Assembly (NCBI GenBank): GCA_964522415.1
Contig: CAZFVQ010000015.1
Span: 12,601-76,600 of the forward strand
Direction: 5' to 3'
DNA length: 64,000 nucleotides
Source: an uncultured Rikenellaceae bacterium
GTDB lineage: Bacteria > Bacteroidota > Bacteroidia > Bacteroidales > VadinHA17
Part shown: piece by piece, positions 37,716-46,329 of the stretch
Numbering within the stretch: position 1 is the first letter of the stretch
Layout: the number at the start of each line of letters is the position of its first letter
Notes under the pieces: model-generated
What the model was told of the DNA's origin: nothing
The model's database searches: none
What the model saw: the letters and a program-made list of their open reading frames with translations, nothing else
Translations under genes and position numbers: made by a program

Positions 37716-38429
37716 TCACTTGAATTTCAGTAATCCGAAAAATTCCGGACGGTGATAATCGGGGTTGGGAGTATTTATCGGATTCCATGTCACATAATGC
37801 GGAACAGTCAGTTTATCCCCGCACTTATAGAAATTGGCTCTGAAAGTTTTTCCCTTCAGATCCCTGATTTCATGACGGAAAAATACTTCAAAAGGTATGG
37901 CTACGGTGATATTCCATGAAAAATTGCCGATACGCTCGCTCACGGGCTTGTCTCCAACCGAAGACTTTCTTCTGATCTTTGAAATTATTTCCGGATCCAC
38001 GGTTCTGCTGTTCGATCTTTCAGTACCGTTTCCCAGCAAAATAGTGCCTATGCCGTTTATTTCAAAATTATAGTATATCCCGTCATCAGAGGGTGATACA
38101 AAGAATTCAACGCAGGAATCCTCATAAACACCCTGGTTTGAGCGGGTTTTTTCTGCCTTGAAATATTCTTCGGTGACATAAAACTTCAGAAGTATCTCAT
38201 TATCGGTGTAGGCAATTGCAAAGCTCACATCCGGCTTGTAACTGAAATCGTTCCAGTTCAGTACATCAACTGCTTCCTTCTTTATGTTCCTGTCAAGACT
38301 AAGGGATATTTCATCCAGATCAGGACAGGCTGTGGAAAACTTCAGTTTCTCAACTTCAATCACTTTCATTTGCATCGGGTTTAAGTTCAAAATCACAAAG
38401 AACACAATATACAACAAAGATTGATACAT
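37716..38429 (-). CDS. Carbohydrate-binding family 9-like protein
   Basis: C-terminal ANFYKCGDKLTVPHYVTWNPINTPNPDYHRPEFFGLLKF. It is a paralog of 60130-60882. The start is uncertain; an internal MQMKV is possible. Confidence 0.7.
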   Translation of the reverse strand: MYQSLLYIVFFVILNLNPMQMKVIEVEKLKFSTACPDLDEISLSLDRNIKKEAVDVLNWNDFSYKPDVSFAIAYTDNEILLKFYVTEEYFKAEKTRSNQGVYEDSCVEFFVSPSDDGIYYNFEINGIGTILLGNGTERSNSRTVDPEIISKIRRKSSVGDKPVSERIGNFSWNITVAIPFEVFFRHEIRDLKGKTFRANFYKCGDKLTVPHYVTWNPINTPNPDYHRPEFFGLLKFK

Positions 38430-38449
38430 ATTTCCTTCGTTTTTAAAAG

Positions 38450-39403
38450 TTATGTGAGCATTTCATTCCAGACAAGAGCAGCTGCTCCGAGGACCGCAGC
38501 ATTTTTTTCGGCTATGCCGGAAGGCAGGATTTTCACGGTTCCCCTGAAAATGGGCTGAACATTTTTCTCAACATATTTCCTTACGGGTTCAAAAAGCATT
38601 TCCCCTGCTTTCGCCAGTCCGCCAAAGAGGAACACTGCTTCGGGACTTGAAAATCCAATGGCATTATGAATGCCGAAAGCCAGTTTTTCAGCTGTGAAAT
38701 CCAAAGCCCTGACAGCTACCGGATCATTTGCAGCAGCTGCTTCAGCTATTCTTTTCGAAGTGAGTTCAGATGGCTTTATATCCCTGAGAATACTTTGCTC
38801 CTTCATTTCACTCAGCAGAAGAAGGACAGTCCTGACCAGTCCGGAAGCCGAAGCATAGGTTTCATAACAGCCTTTCCGGCCGCAGCCGCATTCCCTGCCT
38901 CCGGGAACAATCGTCACATGTCCGAGTTCTCCTGCAAATCCAGTATGCCCGTATACCATCTGTCCGTTTATCATTATCCCGCTGCCAAGGCCGGTGCCAA
39001 GAGTCAGAACAATAAAATCCTTCATGTTTTTTGCCCCTCCGAAAATCATTTCGCCCATTGCCGCGGCATTGGCATCGTTGGTGACAATAACGGGAACATC
39101 TATTTCTGCCCTGATCAGATCACCAAGGGGAACTATGCCTTTCCAGGCAAGATTAGGGGCAAGCTCAATAGTGCCTTTGTAATAATTGGCATTGGGCGCA
39201 CCTATTCCTATTCCCAGCAATTTATACCCTCCCGGTGACAACAGTTCATTGATGGCTGCAACCAGTGCAGAAACAAAATCATTTATCAAGGGATAACTGG
39301 CAGTATTCAGGCTTCCTTCAGCCAAAACCCCGCCTTCCCTGTCCACAAGGCCGTAAACAGTATTGGTTCCTCCAATATCCACGCCGGCTACAATTTCTTT
39401 CAT
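38450..39403 (-). CDS. ROK-family sugar kinase (second paralog)
   Basis: GVDIGGTNT, CGCGRKGCYETY and GHTGFAGELGH. It aligns along its whole length with 33579-34550. Confidence 0.9.
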   Translation of the reverse strand: MKEIVAGVDIGGTNTVYGLVDREGGVLAEGSLNTASYPLINDFVSALVAAINELLSPGGYKLLGIGIGAPNANYYKGTIELAPNLAWKGIVPLGDLIRAEIDVPVIVTNDANAAAMGEMIFGGAKNMKDFIVLTLGTGLGSGIMINGQMVYGHTGFAGELGHVTIVPGGRECGCGRKGCYETYASASGLVRTVLLLLSEMKEQSILRDIKPSELTSKRIAEAAAANDPVAVRALDFTAEKLAFGIHNAIGFSSPEAVFLFGGLAKAGEMLFEPVRKYVEKNVQPIFRGTVKILPSGIAEKNAAVLGAAALVWNEMLT

Positions 39404-39442
39404 CTGTCTGTAATTTAAATTTAATGGTCAGATTACCTGATT

Positions 39443-41242
39443 CTACCTTCTGGTTTTTGTACCTGCAGGAGCTTTTCTGATAGTTTTTACATTCTTTTCA
39501 CTTATATCCCAGACAAACTCCAGAACCCAGTTTTCCTTTATTTCAATAGTCTGCAGCATGTATGAAACCGGTTCCGGCTGACGTCCTGCCTGAAAATCAC
39601 CCGGAGTCCATTTACCGTCATTGTTGAGATCATAAATGACACGGACCTGGTAAAATCCTTTATCAAGCAGGGGAAATTCAACCCTGCCATCCTTCTCCAT
39701 AAACATTTCCCTTACAATCTTTTCATCATCGGTAAGAAGCTGGATTATCCTGCTTCCTTCATGGTTGTTTACGTCAAGCACCAGTTTCCCGTATGATTCC
39801 TCATCTTTTACCGTGAATTTATAGGCTGACGAATCGGAATGTTCGCCGTAAATATTCCCGAAAGACTCGGAATCGGCTATAAAAATATAGTTTTTATTCA
39901 TACCAAGTTTACCTTCCACGCTTATCCTGCAAGAATTTGTACTGTCAATGTTCATGCTGAAAGGTATTCTTTTCAGATCGCTTTCTTCCTGTTCATACAG
40001 CCTTATTCGTGATGTATCCGGCTCACGGAAGGGGGTCTGCGAATTAAAAACAAGCTGTTCTCCCGGCTTAAGGGAAGCAGAACTGATATTTGAGGTAAAC
40101 CTGAAAGGTGTTGGTTTCATCCTGCCCCTGGCCGGTGTACGGGGAGCTATGAATCTCATCATTATCGTATCCTCCCTGAGAACATTGACCCCGGCACTGT
40201 CAGTAAAGGGATATTTTACGACCGTACTGATCACCGGCCGGTTGTAAAGTGCACTGTCTGCAATCCATACCCTGATGGAGTCACCCGCCCTGTTGCTTTC
40301 GGTAAAATATGAACCCGGTTCAGCTTCCGGTATGGAAAAATGAAATCCCAGAGTGTCCGGCGGAAGAGAAAGGGTATAACTCAGCCCGTAGGCTGCATTT
40401 CTTGATGAAGAAGTCAGATACCGGATTTTCTTTTCATGCTGAAAGAGAAAGAGCCTGTAATCTCCCTGTAAAACTATTGTATCAGCTGCTTTCGGATCTT
40501 TTGGCAGCGATCTGAGGGAATCCTGACTCACGGGAATCCAGTTTTTTTCGGGAGTAACAGATATTGCAGAATCCAGGAAAGCTATTTCCTCATCGGGAAG
40601 ATTGAAATTCTTGCTGTTATCTGCATCCTTCAGGGCATAAATCCTGTATTCCCGGGCAGCTACATTATCTATCCTGAAATATCCGTCCTTATCCGCCACA
40701 GCTATATATGACGGGATTTCCTTCATGAATGCCGAATCCTCCTTTTGAATGTACAGAACAACGAGCGTTGCTTCAGGAGGATTGAGATCATCAGCTTTAA
40801 GAACATTCCCGGTAACGGAAAGGGAATCAATAAAGGGTCCGGTTGAAAAAACAAACTGAAAATTGTTTATGGCATTCCCCTCATTCAGATCCCGTACCGC
40901 ATCCTGAAAATAAAAGGTGTATGTTGTACTGTCCCTCAGTTCTTCTTCATACCTGATAACAATATCCTTCCCCCTTATACTGATCTCAGGCGTCCTTTTC
41001 ATGGGCGGCGACACCATGAATTTCTCATTTATTTTATCAAGTACCAGATATTCATCAAAAGAAATGACGATCCTGTTACCCCGGAAATTCCTTGCACCAT
41101 TCTCCGGAATACTTTTCAGAACTACCGGGGGTTCAGTATCCCGGGGACCTCCCGTCGGAGAACTTATCTTGGCGCATCCTGCAGCCAGTATAAATCCGCT
41201 GACAACATACATGATATACCTGTATATGTTCGCTTTCTCCAT
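39443..41242 (-). CDS. Ig-like (SbsA/Big_5-type) domain lipoprotein
   Basis: Lipobox ILAAGC followed by PTGGPRDTEPPVVLKSIPENGARNF, typical of the Ig-like N-terminal domain. Confidence 0.7.
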   Translation of the reverse strand: MEKANIYRYIMYVVSGFILAAGCAKISSPTGGPRDTEPPVVLKSIPENGARNFRGNRIVISFDEYLVLDKINEKFMVSPPMKRTPEISIRGKDIVIRYEEELRDSTTYTFYFQDAVRDLNEGNAINNFQFVFSTGPFIDSLSVTGNVLKADDLNPPEATLVVLYIQKEDSAFMKEIPSYIAVADKDGYFRIDNVAAREYRIYALKDADNSKNFNLPDEEIAFLDSAISVTPEKNWIPVSQDSLRSLPKDPKAADTIVLQGDYRLFLFQHEKKIRYLTSSSRNAAYGLSYTLSLPPDTLGFHFSIPEAEPGSYFTESNRAGDSIRVWIADSALYNRPVISTVVKYPFTDSAGVNVLREDTIMMRFIAPRTPARGRMKPTPFRFTSNISSASLKPGEQLVFNSQTPFREPDTSRIRLYEQEESDLKRIPFSMNIDSTNSCRISVEGKLGMNKNYIFIADSESFGNIYGEHSDSSAYKFTVKDEESYGKLVLDVNNHEGSRIIQLLTDDEKIVREMFMEKDGRVEFPLLDKGFYQVRVIYDLNNDGKWTPGDFQAGRQPEPVSYMLQTIEIKENWVLEFVWDISEKNVKTIRKAPAGTKTRR

Positions 41243-41412
41243 CCGATTCGGATTTTTAAGGGTTTACAAACTTACATCAATTTTTTTTATCAATGTAATC
41301 AGCTCAGTAACTTTAAGCAGTAGCATTTCCCGGAATACAGGTCTCCTCCTTTGTTTTAGCCAGGGATTTCAAACTTTATCCTGCTTTAGGTATTCTCTAT
41401 TTGCATATTTTA

Positions 41413-41420
41413 TACCTTTG
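41413..41420 (+). promoter_or_regulatory. -7 promoter box TACCTTTG
   Basis: Exact TAnnTTTG match 23 nt upstream of the lgt ATG. Confidence 0.4.
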
Positions 41421-41442
41421 GATTTTATCTAATTTCTGAAAA

Positions 41443-42255
41443 ATGCATTTTCTTGTTATCCCATGGGATGTTGATCCTGAGATTTTCAGGGTAGGATCTT
41501 TTGCAATAAGATGGTACGGCCTGTTGTTCGCCTCGGGTTTTTTATTCGGATATATAATAATGAACAGGATTTTCAAAAATGAAAATCTTCCCGAAGCTTC
41601 CCTTGACAGACTGACAATATACATGGCAGTCGGAGTAATCGCCGGAGCAAGACTTGGTCATTGCCTGTTCTATGAACCGGGTTATTACCTCTCCCATCCG
41701 GGCGAAATCCTGAAGATATGGCATGGCGGACTGGCAAGTCATGGTGCTGCCATAGGGATATTGATCGCGATATGGTTGTTTGTAAGGAAGGAAAAAAAGG
41801 ATTATGCCTGGGCCCTCGATCGTATTGCCATTGTCGTTGCCCTGGCCGGCTTTTTTATAAGGATAGGCAACCTGATGAATTCCGAAATATATGGTGTCGA
41901 AACCACTCTTCCCTGGGGTTTTGTTTTCCTGAGAAACGGAGAGAACGCACCGAAGCATCCCACCCAGATCTATGAAGCCCTTGCCTACCTGCTGATATTC
42001 ATTCTCCTTTACCGCCTTTACTGGAGAAAAAAAGGAGAACATTTCCAGGGCACGCTTATCAGTCTTGCCATGATACTGATTTTCACCGCAAGATTCTTTC
42101 TGGAATTCCTGAAGGAAGTCCAGGTGGATTTTGAACAGGGAATGGCATTGAATATGGGTCAGATCCTCAGCATTCCATTTGTCATTGCCGGTTCTGTCTG
42201 GCTCTGGTACAGCCTGAAAAACAAAAAGACCGCCGCAATAAAAAGGAAGAAATGA
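41443..42255 (+). CDS. lgt: Prolipoprotein diacylglyceryl transferase
   Basis: FAIRWYGLLFASGFLFGY, GARLGHCLFYEP, WHGGLASHGA and HPTQIYEA. Confidence 0.9.
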   Translation: MHFLVIPWDVDPEIFRVGSFAIRWYGLLFASGFLFGYIIMNRIFKNENLPEASLDRLTIYMAVGVIAGARLGHCLFYEPGYYLSHPGEILKIWHGGLASHGAAIGILIAIWLFVRKEKKDYAWALDRIAIVVALAGFFIRIGNLMNSEIYGVETTLPWGFVFLRNGENAPKHPTQIYEALAYLLIFILLYRLYWRKKGEHFQGTLISLAMILIFTARFFLEFLKEVQVDFEQGMALNMGQILSIPFVIAGSVWLWYSLKNKKTAAIKRKK

Positions 42256-42294
42256 GTCCGGGCCTCTGTCAGAACTGTGACCCGGCAGAAACAG

Positions 42295-42876
42295 CTACTT
42301 TGCAAGTATTCCGTGAAACAGGACATCCAGGATGCCATTGAGCCTGTTTTCAATATCCATCTCCTTTCTCTTCCAGAAAAGTGGTACTTCCAGACCCTTG
42401 AGGGCAGTCTGGACAGCAAGTGCAGTAAATTCACTATTGGGTACATTGAAAACCTTTTTCCTGGCACCGTCATAGAGAATGAGTCTCAGAATTGCCAGTT
42501 CCTCACGGTCATACTTGACCCTCACACTCTCTATAAAATCAAAATGATCAAGATCCTTGTCAAAGATGGCATTATAATAATTGGATAGTTTTTCGAACGA
42601 TTTCATTCTGACAAAAACATAGTTCCGAAGCTTTTCAATAGGTGAATCAACTGCTTTTATTGTTTTAGTCAGCTCATTTCTAAGCATATTGGCTTCATTC
42701 ATTACCACTGCCTTGAATATTTCTTCCTTACCGCTGAAATAGTAATAAATGGAACTTTTGCCCATTTTAAGAGCCCGGGCAATCTCTTCCATTGAGGTTT
42801 TCTTAAATCCGTAACGACTGAAAATAGTGCCTGAGATCATAATGATCCGCTTTCTATATTCTTCTTTATCAACCAT
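42295..42876 (-). CDS. TetR/AcrR-family transcriptional regulator
   Basis: FSRYGFKKTSMEEIARALKMGKSSIYYYFSGKEEIF. The ATG at 42876 is preferred over the TTG at 42942. Confidence 0.85.
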   Translation of the reverse strand: MVDKEEYRKRIIMISGTIFSRYGFKKTSMEEIARALKMGKSSIYYYFSGKEEIFKAVVMNEANMLRNELTKTIKAVDSPIEKLRNYVFVRMKSFEKLSNYYNAIFDKDLDHFDFIESVRVKYDREELAILRLILYDGARKKVFNVPNSEFTALAVQTALKGLEVPLFWKRKEMDIENRLNGILDVLFHGILAK

Positions 42877-43051
42877 AAAACGTTCTTCAGAAGACTGATC
42901 GGTTCTTTTGACAAAAATACAATATAAAACTTCAACATTCAAATATTTCTACTATTCCGGTCGAAGTTTTGAATATGCTTTTATGGATGTATCCGGTGGA
43001 AAGGTTAAACGAATCGGTCAAAATGATTTTCGAATATCTTTTTTATTTTTA

Positions 43052-43059
43052 TAAATTTG
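43052..43059 (+). promoter_or_regulatory. -7 promoter box TAAATTTG
   Basis: Exact TAnnTTTG match. It lies only 5 nt before the track TTG start (43064) but 44 nt before the ATG at 43103, which argues for the later start. Confidence 0.4.
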
Positions 43060-43102
43060 ATCGTTGAACGCGACTTGTTTTCAGATAAAATCAAATAAAC
43101 AA

Positions 43103-43702
43103 ATGGAAGGTGTTGTAAAATTCAATTGCCACTGGACCCAGTGCGGGCCCTTAATATCAGATGATCAGTATGAAATAATCAATTACTGGAGGGAGATACT
43201 GTATAATATGGATCTGATAGGAGCCTATGAGAACGGTGTGGGATTCGGAAATATAAGCCTGAGAATCAGGGGCGGAAATCAATTCATCATAACAGGTTCG
43301 GCGACGGGAGAAATTCCCGAACTTGAACCGGAACATTATGTAAAAGTCAATTCATTCAATATTGATGATAATGCAGTACAGTGCGCCGGTCCTCTCAAAG
43401 CGTCATCTGAATCACTTACGCATGCAGCAATTTACCTGGCCGATCCCGATGTCAATGCCATAGTTCACGTTCACAATATAGCGCTATGGAATGAAATCAT
43501 TTATAAGGTACCGACGACCAATCCGGCTATGGAATACGGAACAACAGGACTGGCAAAGGATATTTTCCGGCTTTTCAGCGATTCAGATGTGTTTGAAAAA
43601 AGAATAATTGTCATGGCAGGCGATCGTGCCGGAATACTTACATTCGGTCAGGACATGGATGAGGCAGTTAACATTCTCATGCGATATCTCGGTAAGGAAT
43701 AA
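43103..43702 (+). CDS. Class II aldolase/adducin-family protein
   Basis: GNISLRI..FIITGSATG, SSESLTHAAIY and the VHVHN metal ligand pattern. Confidence 0.75.
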   Translation: MEGVVKFNCHWTQCGPLISDDQYEIINYWREILYNMDLIGAYENGVGFGNISLRIRGGNQFIITGSATGEIPELEPEHYVKVNSFNIDDNAVQCAGPLKASSESLTHAAIYLADPDVNAIVHVHNIALWNEIIYKVPTTNPAMEYGTTGLAKDIFRLFSDSDVFEKRIIVMAGDRAGILTFGQDMDEAVNILMRYLGKE

Positions 43703-43929
43703 TGGTAAAAACAGGCATTATAGGAGGTTCGGGACTGGAAGATCCCGACATACTGGATTCACCCGAAATAATCAAAGTCAGCAATAAATACGGCAGTCCG
43801 GCTTCCCCTCTTATATGCGGAAAAATAAGCAACACTGAAACAGTTATCCTGTCGCGGCACGGGAAAGATCATACCCCAATAGCTTATCCCTTTGACAGGC
43901 ATCTGAGGTCATTACTGGAAAAAAGATGA
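43702..43929 (+). pseudogene. mtnP: 5'-methylthioadenosine/purine nucleoside phosphorylase, N-terminal remnant (75 aa of about 270)
   Basis: MVKTGIIGGSGLEDPDIL...KYGSPASPLICGKISNTETVILSRHGKDH matches the MTAP N-terminus. The sequence then diverges and stops, and the next gene starts in an ATGA overlap. Confidence 0.7.
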
Positions 43930-45278
43930 ACAGCCGGTTACATTTGTTTTTCTTCATGCTGATACTGCTACTGTTATTATCCCAGCCTGCTGTTGCTCAG
44001 GATTCTGATTCATTTTTTAAATTTGATCTCCTCGTTCGTTACCGCTTCGAATTATGGGATGGTTTCAATGCAAAAAACTACGGGGATGACAGTCCTGATG
44101 CTATCGGAAATCTGAATGATAAATTTCTTCTCCAGAGGATTATTCCGGGGGTAATTTACAGGAAGGGTAAGATAAATGCAGAATTCCATATGCAGGATTC
44201 AAGAGCCTTCGGCTGGTCCCTGAGCCGTAAAAATTATCCGGATCTGTATAAGATCGGCAACCCCTTGTCGGAACATTCATTTTACGTAATGAATCCGCAG
44301 GAAGAATATTTCGAAATATATGATCTTTTTGTCGAGTACAGGGAATTACTGAAGAATCTGTCTGTTAAGATAGGCCGCCAGAAGATTTTTTATGGCGACT
44401 GGAGAATCTTTGAAATGTCCCAGTGGGGAAATACCGGAAGATATACCTGGGATGCAATAAAAGTTTCCTACAGAAAGAATGATGAATATATTGATGTTTT
44501 CGGAGGAGGGACAAAAATACATGATCCTGAAAAAACCCACGTGCCGTTCACACATCTGGAATACCTGGGAGGTGGTATTTATTCACATAAAAAGCTGACT
44601 CCCTGGCTGAATGCAGAAACTTTCTATGCCCTGAAGATCCAGGGTACAGCCGATTATATCAGAACCCAGTCAATAAACAGGAACTGGATGGGTATAAACT
44701 TTTTAAGTCCTGAAGACAAAAGGTTCTCATATGATATTCTTTATGCACATGAATTCGGCAATGAAGCAGGACACAGGATCAAGGCTCACGGATTTGGATT
44801 AAAGACGGTATACAGGTTTGACGGCCTGCCGGCAGCACCGGAACTCAGTCTGGCTTATTATTATGCTTCCGGAGACAAGCCGGGGGATGATATAATTCAC
44901 ACTTTTGATCCGGTATATGGTTCCCGGGCCAGATTCCACGGATTTATGGGATTCGTTTCCTGGTCCAATCTCAGTAATCCGCAGTTCTCCCTTAAGCTTA
45001 ACAGTCCCGGGAAGAGGATGTATGTTGAACTCAAACACATGCTTTTCTATATTCCCGAACCTGAGAACTGTATTTTTCTGAACACCATGAAGCTGAAGAA
45101 TGGAAATAATCATCTTGGTAATGAAACCAATCTGTACTTCAGGCATCAGCATGACAAACACTGGCAGCTTACCGGTATTCTTGGATATTTTAGGCCGGGA
45201 GATATTGAACAGATCAGTTTCAAAGAACCTGAAAATGCTTTCTGGATGGCGCTTCAGATACAATACTCATTAAACTGA
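43926..45278 (+). CDS. Outer-membrane beta-barrel protein (alginate-export/porin-like)
   Basis: Signal peptide LLLLSQPAVAQD. FKFDLLVRYRFELWDGFN and an alternating aromatic-rich strand pattern run to the C-terminus. Confidence 0.6.
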   Translation: MNSRLHLFFFMLILLLLLSQPAVAQDSDSFFKFDLLVRYRFELWDGFNAKNYGDDSPDAIGNLNDKFLLQRIIPGVIYRKGKINAEFHMQDSRAFGWSLSRKNYPDLYKIGNPLSEHSFYVMNPQEEYFEIYDLFVEYRELLKNLSVKIGRQKIFYGDWRIFEMSQWGNTGRYTWDAIKVSYRKNDEYIDVFGGGTKIHDPEKTHVPFTHLEYLGGGIYSHKKLTPWLNAETFYALKIQGTADYIRTQSINRNWMGINFLSPEDKRFSYDILYAHEFGNEAGHRIKAHGFGLKTVYRFDGLPAAPELSLAYYYASGDKPGDDIIHTFDPVYGSRARFHGFMGFVSWSNLSNPQFSLKLNSPGKRMYVELKHMLFYIPEPENCIFLNTMKLKNGNNHLGNETNLYFRHQHDKHWQLTGILGYFRPGDIEQISFKEPENAFWMALQIQYSLN

Positions 45279-45311
45279 CCGGAATAATATGATCTGGTAA
45301 TCATTCTTTAC

Positions 45312-45490
45312 ATGCAAAACTGGAAAAGAGTATTCGGCATTATCTGGAGCGGACAACTGATTTCAACATTTCAACGGAGGGACTTTTCAGATGAGCATTG
45401 TGGAAGTATGCTGGGGATTGGGAATGCTTGCCGGCGGAGCATTCTTTATTCCGGCATTAAGGTCCATGGCTGCAAGAAAGTTGGTATAAA
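45312..45490 (+). pseudogene. Degraded MFS-transporter remnant
   Basis: MQNWKRVFGIIWSGQLIST resembles the N-terminus of Bacteroidota MFS exporters. A different frame then reads GLGMLAGGAFFIPALRSMAARK, a TM-like segment. No intact ORF remains. Confidence 0.35.
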
Positions 45491-45615
45491 TATTTTTCGA
45501 AATGGCTGTTGGTTTTTTTATAACAATTGGTTAATATTGCAGTCCGTTTTCTGTATGCCGGTAGCTGAACGGATTAAGGCTGTACACAGCCCGTTCACCC
45601 GAAGTATAAATAACC

Positions 45616-45675
45616 GGGCCCATAGCTCAGACGGTTAGAGCATCCCGACCACAGGTCGGGAGGGTCGTTGGTTCA
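45616..45675 (+). pseudogene. Truncated tRNA copy (pseudo-tRNA)
   Basis: The first 27 nt (GGGCCCATAGCTCAGACGGTTAGAGCA) and GGGTCGTTGGTTC are identical to the tRNA-Met 78 nt downstream. The anticodon arm differs (CCCGA-CCACAGG-TCGGG). The 3' half of the T arm and the acceptor strand are missing. Confidence 0.6.
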
Positions 45676-45693
45676 TTAACATATTTATTTCCG

Positions 45694-45767
45694 GGGCCCA
45701 TAGCTCAGACGGTTAGAGCACCTGACTCATAATCAGGGGGTCGTTGGTTCGATCCCAACTGGGCCCA
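45694..45767 (+). tRNA. tRNA with CAT anticodon (elongator Met, or Ile2 if lysidinylated)
   Basis: 74-nt cloverleaf: GGGCCCA-TA-GCTC..GAGC-A-CCTGA-CTCATAA-TCAGG-GGGTC-GTTGG-TTCGATC-CCAAC-TGGGCCC-A. It is not initiator-like, because it has a G1:C72 pair and no GGG/CCC anticodon stem. Confidence 0.9.
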
Positions 45768-45773
45768 CATTAA

Positions 45774-45806
45774 CCCGCCATCGCTAAAGCTATGGCGGGT
45801 TTTTTA
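45774..45806 (+). terminator. Rho-independent terminator after tRNA-Met
   Basis: CCCGCCAT-N10-ATGGCGGG followed by TTTTTT. Confidence 0.6.
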
Positions 45807-46329
45807 TTTATATCCGTTCTGCCGTATGTTTTACCTGATGTGAGGGCTGAGACATTTTTACAGAATTTTTCAGTTACCCGGACGGGTGAATTCATTAACT
45901 CATTCATTGTCCTGAACAGGGAAACCAGACCATGCAGCCTGCATCATAAAAAACTAAATGAAGACACTGTTTACTTTCATGTTGAAAAGGCCGGCAGGAA
46001 CACCGGAACCATTTGAATCAGAGAGATCAGCCTTACAAATATTTTTCAACCAAACCAAACAAATCCTGTAGTTGAATTGTTTATAAATCTGAATCCGTTT
46101 TTTTAAATCAGCAAATATTGTTTGTAGGCTGAATTCATTATACATCATAAAATCCAGCTGAAAATTTAATATATAAACTTGAAAATGATAGACTTATTAG
46201 CTGTTTAACAGCTGCTCTGCCCGAAGTTTTCAGAAAAGCAAGTGGCATGAACTACCTTGTTCGATGAATTACAGGCGACTATAAAATAATGTTATCTGAA
46301 CGACATTGACTTAAAAATTAAAACAAAAA

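Noticed and set aside
45312-45638. 108-aa ORF as a real gene.
   Set aside because: Only its first 20 or so residues look protein-like (MFS N-terminus). The rest is low quality and runs into the pseudo-tRNA, so I treat it as a remnant.
45792-46148. Two small ORFs (74 and 64 aa) in the AT-rich spacer after tRNA-Met. I also looked there for invertible-promoter inverted repeats upstream of the BspA-like gene.
   Set aside because: The translations look random. The only structures found were an 11-nt direct repeat (TGAATTCATTA) and a 5-bp hairpin, which is insufficient for a phase-variation switch.
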